Below are positions 40,601 to 53,043 of a stretch of DNA of 64,000 nucleotides, one piece after another. The stretch lies in contig OZ037766.1 of assembly GCA_964035545.1 (NCBI GenBank), forward strand, positions 2,728,001 through 2,792,000, in the 5' to 3' direction. The position numbers and the translations under genes were made by a program. The stretch comes from Bugula neritina. Taxonomy: Eukaryota > Animalia > Bryozoa. The notes beneath the pieces are model-generated. The model was not told the DNA's origin. It saw nothing but the letters and a program-made list of their open reading frames with translations, and did not search any database. The stretch's first letter is position 1; every line of letters starts with the position of its first letter.

Positions 40601-42614
40601 ATATGTACAACTTAAGAATAATTTTAAGTATTATTTTATATAAATTTATAATTACTATTGGATAACTTGTGCTTATGAAAAATTATTATTATTCAATTAA
40701 ATGTACCATCTAACCTATATTATGAGTATGGAATCATAGCCCTAAATGTTTTAACTGCAGGTGGGTGTCTACTAAGTGGAGTGAGTGTCCAACCGATGTG
40801 TGCCAATCAGATAAACCGACAATGAAGAGGTGGAGCCTCTGTGTCAGGGACATGGGTGATGGTAGCAGACGTTGGGATCGTGTCAAGGACACTTTCTGCT
40901 CCTCGCTAGAGAAACCTGTGATATCAGCTCCGTGCAACACCAGTCATTGTGTACAAGATGGATACTGGAGAACCGGGAGATTTTCTCAGGTAGCTTTTTC
41001 TATGCATTACAAATTGAACTGGGGTTTTAATTTGAAGTAAGTTTGTGCTCCAGCAATTTTTATTGAAAAGGGTAAATCTTAATTAAAATCTTAAGTTCAT
41101 TAAAGAATTCATTTGAAAGTAATGAAAAAAGCTTTTTTCAAACTTACAAAGTCAGTTTGACACACTCCTATAATTTTCCTTGCCACATGCTTTATTCTCA
41201 TCATAGCTGAAGCTTTAGTTTAAAAATTGTTTTATTGCAGTGCTCTGTAACCTGTGGAGCTGGCACACAAGTTCGGGATGTCACGTGTTTGCCTATTGAT
41301 CCTCGAAATTCTAGAGCAGCCAAATGTGATGAAACAATGAAGCCATCAACAACTGAATCGTGTGCAAATCGCCCCTGTTTCTTTCTAACAGCTACACCTA
41401 CACTATCATTAACAACAACTACTACCACAACAACTACTACTACACCAACCACAACTACTACCACACCAACAACAACTACTACCACACCAACAACAACTAC
41501 TACTACACCAACAACAACTACTACTACTACACCAACTACAACTATTATGCCAACAACAACTACTACACCGCCAACAACAACAACAACAACTGCTACTACT
41601 ACTCCATCAACAACAACAACTACCAAATCAACAATTACTACAACTACTACACTGCTAACTACTGCTACATCATCATCAACAACTACTACTACAGTACCTA
41701 CTACAATGTCTACTGCTGTAAAACCTGTTCTTACTTCTACTCCAAGTCCACCAACTTTTGATGCTATAACAATCACACCAACAGCTGCAACGCCTGCCAT
41801 GGCTACAGAAGCAACTTCTAGCCTTATAGAATCAATGTTGCCAACGGTTACAGTTGGTACTGCAGAGAGAGGAAAGTCTATGCTGGTCAAGGTAGAGCAT
41901 GCATCAAATTTACCTGAAAAGGCGGATAGTTACTCCAGGAAACTAACAGCAGAAAATGGAGGAACTACAACAGAGCTCAACAACAGAGCTTGGCTTAGTG
42001 GATCTTCAACTTTACCAACCGTTTCAGCGAGCACATCAGGTTCTAGACAAGTGGGAAATCTACAAACATTAACTTCTCTTAGACCGGCCCCAGAGACAGA
42101 GAACACAGAGAAGACAACTCCAAGAGACATTGAGCAAATAACTCCAACAGACATAGAGCAGACAACTCCTGAGAACACCGGGCAGGCAACTACTGATAAT
42201 ACAGAGCAAACAACTCCAGAGAACATTAAGCAGACAACTGCAGAAACTTCTAGAACAAGATTTGTCTGGTGGTGGACTGCTACAACCTCCCAGACACCAA
42301 CTGCTACTCAATTAATGAGGCAGAGGGCTACCACTACTGGTACTGCATCTTCCACTGAGTTGACAAGCCATTCTCTCTCAACAAATGAAAACTTGGAATA
42401 TGAACAAAATAGCCATGGACCCACAACTACAGTACCACCTACGAGTAGGGGCACCACATGGAGCAACCATATTCAAAATAACATCAGTGGCACAGAGCTA
42501 CCCTCCTGTAAAACTGACTTAACCACTATATGCGATTTAATGAATAGTAAGAGATGTGAATTACCTCTTTTCAAAAAGCTTTGCTGCCTCACTTGTACGA
42601 AGTTTGTTTCGTGA
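25625..42614 (+). CDS. ADAMTS3: ADAMTS metalloprotease of the ADAMTS2/3/14 (procollagen N-proteinase) clade, about 1412 aa
   Basis: Exons 25625-25711 (signal peptide), 26692-26737, 28688-28977, 30481-30598, 31055-31248, 31795-31878, 32265-32409, 32896-33001, 33654-33800, 33984-34116, 34332-34448, 34853-35037, 35561-35624, 37137-37230, 37418-37678, 38357-38434, 38773-38927, 39256-39451, 40063-40198, 40761-40989, 41241-42614. Phases are consistent (4239 nt). The prodomain carries RFRR and RFER sites. The zinc site and Met-turn read [43 protein letters not shown]...SIMAPLV. The NDDPF...DEQC..DFG and [21 protein letters not shown] segments are typical of ADAMTS2/3/14. TSR, Cys-rich, spacer, 3 TSRs, mucin and PLAC follow. 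The symbol denotes the clade, not strict one-to-one orthology. Confidence 0.9.
26573..26669. repeat. 10-bp minisatellite (tattcacctg, about 9-10 copies) just upstream of the ADAMTS exon 2 acceptor
   Basis: Directly visible; ends about 20 nt before the AG at 26690-26691. Confidence 0.85.
32985..33448 (+). repeat. 33-bp minisatellite (14 units) made of the HEIGH(T) codons plus the splice donor of ADAMTS exon 8
   Basis: Unit catgaaataggtcacac|gtaagtatctatacgc; the first unit is the authentic exon end. Confidence 0.95.
36650..36755. mobile_element. Inverted copy of the 7661-7797 short TIR element
   Basis: gaacataactttattgctacatttctaatttagaacacaggct...tcaatttcttca is the reverse complement of the 7661-7730 segment. 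Confidence 0.6.
37840..37975. repeat. Degenerate AT-rich minisatellite of about 28 bp (atatatagcatataatgacatatatcc)
   Basis: 4-5 imperfect copies in ADAMTS intron 15. Confidence 0.65.
39591..39706. repeat. Heptanucleotide repeat (CATTACC)n / (GGGTAAT)n, about 16 copies
   Basis: Directly visible in ADAMTS intron 18, with one degenerate unit. Confidence 0.92.
40177..40460 (+). repeat. 31-bp minisatellite (9 units) made of the exon end plus splice donor of ADAMTS exon 19
   Basis: Unit cactgtgtgacatagagtgcag|gtgagctgt; the first unit is the authentic exon end (donor at 40199). Confidence 0.95.
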
Positions 42615-43370
42615 TTTCAAGAAGTAACTTTGTAACAGTTACTCTTTGGGTCAAGTAAAAACAATGCAACAACTATTATCTTTTATTTCAACTTTGTAAA
42701 AGGTTCCTTTATCTATATAATTGTTTTACTTTAAAATTCAAAATTTTCCATTGAAGTTATGTAATGTTGATGCAGGTTTAACCGTTGTATACTTGTGTAC
42801 GCAGCCCAGATATCTCTACACTGAACCATAAATCAAGGAATATTACTATGGCCATCATTGTTTGTATATTTAAATAATAGTAATATCAAACTCTTTCTAC
42901 AAAATAGATGTATAGTGTATATTTTTTATAGAAAATATAATACATTTTAAAATATACCATAATCTTGTATAGCAAATAATATTTAGTTGAAGATATGTTT
43001 GTAGCTCACTGCAAGTAATGCATATCATTTATAGCAAATATTAAAAAACATTGCTAAAACACGTTAGGTATATAATTGTTAGTAAGATTATCAAAATATG
43101 ATAATAAATACAGCAAGAGTATAGGCAAGGGCTAATTTTTATATAAATAGAAATGTAAATTTGTTAAACAAAAGTTTAAAATAGATAACATAATATGTAA
43201 TAGCAGACCCTGAGAAGGTTGCTGTATGCAGATTGAATTACATTCTAATATATTATATACAAGCTTAATAATACATAATATTACGTCATGCATCTTATAG
43301 TAAGCCTTCAAAACTTGGCAGACTTGTTTACACAATACATGTCCTGTGGAATTGTGGGTAGCAGGAAATG

Positions 43371-46300
43371 CTAAGAGGCGTCATACTCAGAACTCACTCT
43401 CGATGAAGATGGTGATATATTGTTAAAGCTGTCTTCACTTAAGTATGGAGTAGTGGATGTTCCAGATTCGTACGAACTGCTCTCTTTGTTACCAAAATAC
43501 TTGGGAGCTGATCTCGCTATAGGACTCGTACTTTCACTCGAAGCACTTCGCTTTCTATCAGGCTTAACATCTAGTGTTGTAGAATGTTTAGTCTTATCAC
43601 TAATAGAATGAAGTGAAATAGACATTGATCTCAAGTTCATACGTCCACCCTCGACCCAGCGTAACGCGTAAAGTCGAGGCACAAACAGACATCCCGTAGT
43701 GATTATGGCATTAATGAGTAACGCCACACTCAGTGGAACACCTTTGTAGTAGTAACTGTTGATTGTAATGTAGGCGGGTATAAAAGCTATCCAAATGATG
43801 ACAGTCGTGTAAACTGTCATTCCGATAAATCTGGACTCGTTGAAGTTGTCCGGTAACTTCCTGGTAACGAAGGCGTGGTAGGCACATGCTAGACCCAGTA
43901 GGAGATTGTATATTATTGGAGGTAGCAGGACTGGGTATGGTATTTCACACGCAATGTAGGACTCCGTAGGCCTCTTATCTGCCTGGTGATTGTTAATCTT
44001 TATTGACACACCATCTTCTCCAAAGTGAGATACCAGACAGCAGATGATTATTACTAGAACCTAAAACAGTAGTACCAAGTTTCAGTCACCTAATAGTTCG
44101 GAAAAAACTCACAGCGTAAACATACATTTATACATTCAACACCAAATAATTTGATCTATTAAATTATTTCAACTGGCACCCTTTTATAATTTATATAAAA
44201 AATATTTACTTAGGAAAATTCCTTAAAGTAAAATGCTCTCAGCTAAAGGTTGTAGTTGCAACTTGTTGAGAGTTCTGCATAATATTGCCTATTTTTTATA
44301 AATGACTATAATAGCAGCTGTTTGAGATGTACTAAGACTGACTAGATAAAGAGTATAAGAATAGATGTGGCATCTTTCTACTTTTACAATGCCGAATTGT
44401 TTATAGTGTTGAGAATAAGAAAGTCTTAAACTTTTCAAAGATAAAAAACCATCTGCTTGAGACTTAAGCCATGCACACCAACTAGTGGCTACAGCTGCTG
44501 TACTACTCCCCTAGACTATAGAGTTATACAGTAAAAGTTTGTGTTGGGATATGTATATCTATCAGGTATTTACAGATTTGGTGGATAAGAATGGTATTCA
44601 TTAGCTAACATTATTTTAATGTTTTCAAATCCTTACATCATTTAATATTTTAAATATAACATCATATAAGCAATACATTCAACGTACAATAATATGGTGC
44701 AATCAATGTCTAGCTATAATATTCACTATATAACACAGGCCAAGCTGTTTCTAATGGTAGGAGGTTTTTATTACTCATTACTAGTCAATAACCACAACAA
44801 CACAAGTTATTGCATTCATTTATTTGCAGCCAAAGTCCAACATTTTAGAAATAGTCAATATATTAAATAATTAACCATGCAATTCAAGGAAATTTGTTAA
44901 AAATCTCAAATCAATCAAAGCTACTATTATTTATGGCAAATGATTTCTACTGGGAAAAGTTCAGTTTTTCCTGGAATAAATTTTTTTCCCCTCTACTGGG
45001 ACCCAGCATTGTACGTATTCCATCAAGCAGCATTCAGCATTTGAGGAAGCAAATTTAACTCTCAACAAAAGATTTAGTATTGAAGAGAAAGTCTATGCAT
45101 ATACAATGTTTGTGCTGTATAGAAGTTTATTTTCAACGATCAAGAATCAGTTATACTGTGTGAACCTGTATAACTTGTCAGTTCTTCTGGTTAGCTTGTT
45201 TAGCCCCAGAAAAATGTAGCCCAAGTTCCAAGTTTACATGAGCACTGCTTAAGTTATAAACTATTGGATATAACAGCTACACAATTCACAGTTGTACTAG
45301 ATTAGTATCATGCTAGCTGCATGCAAACTAAATTATGTTATAGGTGTATAATATATCTAAGTACCACTTCTACTACCTACAAGGCACTTAGATTACTAAA
45401 TGCTTGCTAATAAATAGAGTTATCCTCACCTGTACTGCCACTAGTACGCCAACTATAATCAACTGGTATTTTGTTTCAATAAATTTTGGTTTTGCTGCAC
45501 TTTTCTTTCCTGTCTTGAATATTCGGTAAATGCGGTTCACCCGGGTTAGCATAGGAGCGTTGATAGTCGTGAAAGAGAGGCTGAATGTGAGAAACTGCAA
45601 ATAGCACCAATATGTGTTGGGAGATGCATTGTTACAATCGCCTGGAGATTTGCAACCCGTCTGTAGAGGTAAGAAGTAGAAAAGGAGAGACACGTATGAG
45701 AAGATAACCCCAAACCATATTATGTAACTCAGCTCTAGGCTTGTAGCTTTGATGAGACGGTGAGTTTTGTTTTTAACATAGATCACTAGTAAAGCTGACG
45801 TGAGTAACAAGCAGACAACATCCAGGGTTAGGATGACGATGGTGAAAGGGTCGGTTACATCCATGCTCTGCGGCACTATCTTCTCACAGCCATCACCTGA
45901 CGCAACAGGCGACGTATAAATGTGAAGTTTTGACTTTGTATATTTCTCACACTGTTGACACTGATAGTTTGGCAGGCCGTCAACCATGGTGATATTTGTG
46001 TACTCGTGTTTCGAGCAGTCCTCACATATCCAGCAGCATCGGGAGTTGTCGTACCCCATTTGCTTCTGACGTTGACCCATTTTACAGGTAGAGCTGCATA
46101 TTGATAGCGGCACGTCATTTTCAAAATTTAATACTTTTGGATTCCATGTTATATCTTCTGGGGGAGTTGTCATCTCGAGTATACCTTTCTTGGTGTTATA
46201 AGAGCCTATTTCCTGTAGAGTGTAGTTGTGTTTGTTGTGGGGGTTTCTTTGAAAGTTCATTATAGAATATTTGGTCTGTCCTTCACCGTATTGGTCAATA

Positions 46301-49300
46301 TCAACACAGTTATTATCAACGCATCCCTGCTTGTTCCACAGCAGTTTCTGCAGGTCATCGCTGTTGATAAACTCTCGAAATTCTTTGCCATTACAATTTT
46401 TCCCCAATTTTTTACGTCTAAAATGTAAAATAAGCAGTTGTAGTTTATTTACACAGAACAGAATTGTCTTCACTCACAAACCTTAACGAATAAATTTGAG
46501 ATCAGAAATAGAGCTTTTAAGTTCTTCTAAGAAAACTGAGAAGGCTGTTAAATAATAGCTCGTAAATCACTTGGATGCATCTTTATGATTTGAGTGAAAT
46601 TTTGAAAAGTGTCGTGCAAACATTGCAAACTTGCATTGAGCAAACTTTGTATAGAAAAACTAAAAATAGTAAGACTTTAAAAGTTTTAAGTACAGTATTA
46701 TGTTTTTACAAATAACCAAGACAAATTGAAACAAGAAATAATTTTATACAAATTTAACTTGATGTCTAATAATATGAGTTGTGGTTCAGTAGAGATCATG
46801 GGATGTTAGTACCTGCATCGAAGAAATAGATCGGCCAGAGCACTTTCTAGCAGCAGAACGGACATTTTCACCAGACTGACTGTAGACTCCGGGTGATACA
46901 CGCCACTCAACTCGCCAAAAGTTGTCCTCTCATCACATTTCCGACTACTCTGTTGACAAGCTGCTTCCAAAAACTCGCTAGCAAATTTATTGCCCAAAGC
47001 TTTGGCCTTTGCTGCGTTTAGACTAGCGAAATGTTCATCAAATGTAGGATCATTATTTGAGGCTATTTTCATTGTGAGAGACCCCAGGCCAATGTCTTCA
47101 ATGCCATGAAAGTCTTGAGCATTGCGACCCCAGGCATCAGAGGCAATGAAAGTGAATTTACCTGCGTAGCCTAATTTCTGAGCGAGAGTAAGTATTCCGG
47201 TGGCGGCCATTTGCGGAAGAAACAGGATGACAACGTGAGACGGCACGCGATTGTATGTGCCTGCAAGTCGGCTCACTGCCTCAGCATAATTCTCTTCTGT
47301 CGGGTTGATTGGTAGACCAAACTCTAAGGCTAAACACATGTTACTACCTACCAAATTTCGCAAGTTGTCAATTAATAGAAAGTATGCCTCTAAGCCATAA
47401 AAGTTGTAGGAGTATACAAAAGAGATGTAGCTCCAGTTAAAGTGCTGCACCAAATCAATGATGGCTGCAACTTGAAACTTATCTGACGGCACTATTCTTG
47501 TGAAATATGGGTATGTGACTTTATTCCCTAGACTAGGGCTAGTAGACAAATAGCTGATCTAAAAAAACAAAAACAAAAACATGATTGAAATTAGGCCACG
47601 TATAAGTTGAAGTTTCCAAATGCTATTATTTATCAGCGTTTGATTCACTTAAGTAAATTTATAACCAATGAAGTAACTACACTGTAAACAGGATGAAATT
47701 TTTAAATCCCATGTGGGAGGTGTAAGATTCACTACAGTAATTCTATCAGACACAAAGTAGCTACTAATATTAGCAAGTCTAATCAAATGAATGATTTTAA
47801 ATAACAATCTCAATTTTCACAATGAAATGGGTTCATCACATCTTATTGGCATCTGCAACCATACTTTCTGGCTATTTCATAATCCAAATACAATGCATGT
47901 ATTCAGATCAATGGTAGTTCTTAGTATTTATTTATTACATATTAGATCAGCATATTTATGTTTTCATAACTCTTTCCTGTAGCATAAAACCTTTTAGTTG
48001 GCTGACTAGTTTCAAGAAGCTAAAGTGTACATATAATTTACAAATGTTGACAGTATGAGTTATAGGAATAAGCCTGGAAAATCTCTAAAAACTTAACATT
48101 TTAAGATGCTTAAATTAATATTCTAATATCTTGTAACTTCCATTCAGCAAAACTATTTATGTATTTCTGGGAAACATCCATAGAAATGATGCTTTTTATT
48201 ATTATTTGCTTCACTTATACATAAATATAACATATAACAGTAATAAAAAATATAATGCCAACCTCAAAATGTTATTTACCTAAAGAAGTTTTGACTATTG
48301 GTATACTGAGTCCATTTCTATATGACTGTTACTTTAATATATAAAAAGCTTTCATATTCTAATTTCTGTAGCTATAGCCATAGCAAGGGTTCTATCACGA
48401 GCTATAGACTACTTACTTGGGGCAACTTGAACAGCCCAAACAGCTCAGCCAATTGTTTAGAGTTTGTGCTACTCTCTGCTCCAATAACTGCTACAAAGTC
48501 ACTCCTAGCAGCAGGATGGTTGGAAGACATGTTTTTGTAGCCTGAGAGATCACTTTCAGCAGGTAGAAATTGTAGACCCTGGGCTAGGGCAGTTGTTTCC
48601 TTATGAAATATAATAGTTTATTACAATGTAAACAATATAATATAATATAATGTAATGAAATGTAATATAATGCAACATTATATAATATAATTTGACATAA
48701 CGTAATATAGCATAATGTAATTTCATATAATGTAACATATTATATTGATGCAATACAATATAATATTAGATCATAGTATATTATATATATTATATAGGGA
48801 GCAGTATAGGGAGCAGCCGTGGTCTAGGGGTTAGAGCGTTTGCTTTGTGAACACGAAGTTGTGGGTTCGAACTCCGACAAAGGCCATTGGTGATGTTAGG
48901 AAGAGCATCCAGTCATAATTGCTCTTGTGCCTCATTTAAACAAGTCCTTAGCCCGTTCTAGCAAAAACCCTTACCATCAGGGGTTTCTCACAGGGATAGC
49001 GACTATAAACTTGCGTGAGTTTTATATTATATATAGTATACTAGTATATACTAAGTAAATGCTGGATTTTATTATAATATCGTAAAAGGCAAAATATGCA
49101 GAGTAATATATTAACATAATATTTTGTAATATAAAAGCTATTTATATTGTGTGTAGAGCTTTGTGGATGCTTGGAATCAAAGATTTAGTTCAATATTATG
49201 TAACATCAATGTTAAATATGAGGATGGCTATTAAGGCAATAGGCAGAACAAACTAAATGACAAAGAATACACAGGAGATGAGGCAAGTTCAGTGAGGTAG

Positions 49301-51504
49301 CTGTAACAATCTGTTATAGAATATTCATGTAGAAGCAACCTTGATACTTGTAGCAATATATTACTGGAAAGTAATTATTTATACAGTAAAGTTCTAAATA
49401 TAATGTTCAGAAACCTCAGTTCTGAACAAATCACTCCACTTACTGTAGAATAAAATATTTTTAAAGAAAAACATTAAATTTCTATAAGCAACACATTTGT
49501 GAATTTCTTTAGAAATTATTGTTTTGCAATTCACTTATAATAAATTCTGAATTGATTTTCACAATAATAATCAGTTTGACTTTGAGTAATCAACAATGCA
49601 TTGAGATGAGTCTAATTTGAAAGTTAGCGATTTATGTTGTCATCATTTGTGCTAACTGTCATAATTAATGGGTTACACATGTTTGCAAATAATTGTTGAA
49701 ATAAAAGAGTCTGTGTGCTCTAATCACTAGGGGGGAATCTTTTGTTTGTACTACTTTATAATTCAGTAAAAGGCAATTCTAGCAGCATTCTGGGAGACAA
49801 CACATGCGCTGATAATGTGCTGATAGAAATCATTTATATAAGTGGACAACCATTCCAGGTATGCATGTGCAGGTCTGACCTATATGTTGCATGGTATCAT
49901 ATTTTTTATTAGCATCAGTAAAATGTAGATAAAACGGTAGCAGTGACTACAAAGGAAGAGACATAAATATTAATTTTTTATGCATATATATGTATATATT
50001 TTTGCTTAGCTTAGCTTAATCCTTCCACATTGCATGCATGTATTTTTGTTGATACAGTAAATGGATATTTTGTAAATTGACGTTTTATATTTTGCTTAGG
50101 TAATGTAATAAAGCTTTGTTGCTAAACAAGCTTTCCGAGAAAAAGCTATAAACAGCTTTCAGTTAAATAACTAATATTTTATGTATATACTGATTCCACT
50201 CTCTCTCTACTACTCAACGTTAGCTAGCATGTTCTGTGCACAATAAAACACAAGATTTATCATAATCCTACTATGGAATGTGATGGTTTTATTTCATAAT
50301 CAGCTAACTTCCTATGTTTCCTATGAAATTCTGCTATCCACAATATGAGTGTTGTATGCCGGTCACTTGACAGCATGAAAGGACTTAAGCCTTTCTTATT
50401 TATAATATTCCCAAACTAGCTGCATCATCTGAAGTCATAGAAGGTTCTAGGCCAAACCAAGTGCATCAGGAAGTTTCTTAAATGTCAATTAATCTCTACA
50501 TTGCCAATCAAAGGGTTTCACCAAAGTTTTGTTGAGTCATGTAGACCAGCTTTATTCCACAGGTTACAAGGAAATCATTTACTATTTTCTAATAAAGTTG
50601 GTGAAAACGGTCTTTTAATGAATTACCTAAATTTAGGAGAAGTTACTGCCTCCCTCACTAAGTAAGGCAGTTGCAGTCAATAACTCAGATTGGAGAAAAG
50701 GTAAAATTGCTACAATAAAATAATAAATTATTAAGAAAATCTAAGCAAAACCAGTGTATTTTTAACATAATAATTATATTCTACATAATTGTAGAAGAAA
50801 AAACAAAAATGTTACATCTATAAATTTTAAATACGCATAGTGAGCTTATTCTGAATAATATGAAGAATTAGCCAGAGTTGTGTAACCAAACACTCATTTT
50901 TGAAACACACTTAGCTGGGTTGGCATTGGTTTTATCAAAATATTGAACATTGACTCAATGTATGATTCTGGTTCAGATATAGATACAAAAATGGAAAAAT
51001 TGAGAAAGACCTGTGTTAGAAATGTAGCCAACGAAGTTATTTTCTTTTGACAAAACTAAAACTTGTGAAGAAAACAAAGAACTTATGCTATTAATATTGT
51101 TCCACTACTGCACCTAAATGCAGTTTATTGTCACAATTTCTAAGCTACTAAATGACATGTTTTAAGTACAACACATGGAATCTTGTAATCGGGGTACCCA
51201 CCTTGTAGCAATCATCTAATATGGTAAAGCCAAGGGTAATATTTGGTAAAGATTTTTGACTTTTATTGATCTGTCTAATATAGAACGCCATAGCTTCAGC
51301 TCTTTGCAGCACACCGAGCTCTCGAATACGCCCACAGAATGCCCCGCCAGTCCCAGCTTCATGTAAGGGGAACACGGCCCCAATATTGATATCCCCATCC
51401 AGTTGGTAAGTATTTTCTGGCAGCCCTTCGATGTCGATGCTATATCCAGCCACCAGTATGAAGATAGAGAACAAGTTCAGTAGCACATTCTCTACGTGTA
51501 TCAT
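43371..51504 (-). CDS. Class C GPCR, metabotropic glutamate receptor-like, about 969 aa
   Basis: Exons 51202-51504 (ACCACCATG start; an in-frame ATG also at 51528), 48417-48599, 46813-47558, 45430-46417, 43371-44060. Phases are consistent (2910 nt). Venus flytrap motifs: DGDINIGAVFPLH, QRAEAM, LPNITLGFTILDDC, IGAESS, PQISYLSTSP, YPYFTRIVPSD, FIASDAW. A nine-cysteine CRD follows, then 7TM with IKATSLELSY, TRVNRIYRIF, KLPDNFNESRFIGMTVYTT, FVPRLY. Confidence 0.92.
48809..49020 (+). mobile_element. tRNA-derived SINE, about 210 bp, in mGluR intron 1 (antisense to the gene)
   Basis: A-box TGGTCTAGGGG (48820-48830) and B-box GGTTCGAACTCC (48864-48875), with no proper cloverleaf stems. The body ttggtgatgttaggaagagcatccagtcataa follows. 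A related copy lies at 23780-23892. It is inserted in an (ATAAT)n/(TA)n tract with a duplicated tatagggagcag at its 5' end. Confidence 0.75.
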
Positions 51505-51867
51505 GGTGGTTGAGTAGAAACACAGCATAGAATGAATTTTACTAACAGCTATTCACACCGAACTTCCAGAGTTTAAAATGTAGGCGTTTAAAGTTGGCTA
51601 AAAATCTAACTGCGTTTGTATTCCATAGGGATGTTTCTGAGTTGACTGACTGATAGCTAGTGTATCAGTATGCCGTGGAGCAAACTAATCCCAGCTTCAA
51701 ATCAATGCAATGTATCAGAAGTAATAAACAATTCAGATAGCAGCTAGTTAAGTAGCCACCGTTATCGTAAGTCCAAATGATAACACACAAAACTGTGTTA
51801 TCCTCTTCCATAGATAACTTAAGTGTCAAATGTTCACCAAAATGCCTTCTGGCTAACTCATAAACAA

Positions 51868-52125
51868 TGTGTATCAGTTGACATGAACAATGCACCAATC
51901 ATATATCAGTTGACATGAACAATGCACCAATCATATATCAGTTGACATAAATGATGCACCAATCATGTATCAGTTGACATGAACAATGCACCAATCATAT
52001 ATCAGTTGACATAAATGATGCACCAATCATGTATCAGTTGACATGAACAATGCACCAATCATGTATCAGCAAACATGAGCACAGCACCAATCGTGTATCA
52101 GCTGACATGAGTATTGCACCAATCA
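51868..52125. repeat. 32-bp minisatellite (about 8 units; tatcagttgacatgaacaatgcaccaatcata) upstream of the mGluR start
   Basis: Directly visible; units degenerate toward 52125. Confidence 0.9.
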
Positions 52126-53043
52126 CCTGCTATGTAACATAATGCTATGAGGTACAATTAACACTTTAATTGACTTTGAATTTTAGCAGCTTTAACTGTT
52201 GCATTCATGGTGAAATGGCTTCTAAACCATCATCTGTTTTAGGAAACCCAAGACTTATAAAACTGATGATGATTTCACATTTGCAAGAAATATTGAAGCA
52301 CTTAAATCATGCAAATGATTATTATTAATTACTGTTGAGTATAAGTAAATTTTTCAGTCAAACCAAATCTGAAAATTATTTGACTAAATATATATTTCTT
52401 TGCCATAATTAAACTCTCATTTACAAACAATGCACATTGTAAAAACAAGGACGATAATATTACTTGAACTTTCTCATTTATTGTATAATTTATAACATTG
52501 GGCTTCAAAAGTGAGAACAATCATAGCTTTGAGCACTATCAAGCAATGTCTCTTAAAACTAGTTCAATTTAGGTATTTTTAAGTACATGCTGAGAGACAG
52601 TTGAAATATCCTAGGTATTTTCTAGTTTACAAAAATCAGTATTCGAAAATAACATCAATAAATCATGACTAAAGTCACAGATTAAATAATAAAGGCATAC
52701 AAGTTTAAAACTGGCACAAAATATTTTAAAAAGCACAATATTTCGATAAGCTTCATACATATAATTGAGTAAATTTATCGCGTGCACGATGCTAACATAT
52801 CATAACTCCTTCGCCTTTTGTAACATCTAAACTAAATGAAAGCACATGTCAGTTGCACTACTACCAAATATCTACTGGTAAGATACCAAGTTTGAATAAC
52901 TATTCTGAAAGACAAACAATGAAGTATTAATGGAAGTGTATTTGCTGTGTTTAACACAATTTAAAATAAATTATTATGATCAATGAGTGTGCGATGAAAT
53001 TCTCTCTCTCTGAGAAGATGGATGAAAGGTAGTTGTGTCGGTG

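Noticed and set aside
41201-41890. 229-aa Val-rich minus-strand ORF and 133-aa Asn/Tyr ORF
   Set aside because: Shadow frames of the Thr-rich ADAMTS exon.
48600-48602. AAG acceptor of mGluR exon 2 as a gene defect
   Set aside because: AAG acceptors are uncommon but valid, and frame and homology (DDCYK|ETTALAQ) are intact.
48809-48890. Functional tRNA gene
   Set aside because: A and B boxes are present, but acceptor and anticodon stems do not pair and the sequence continues into a body shared with another copy, so it is a SINE.
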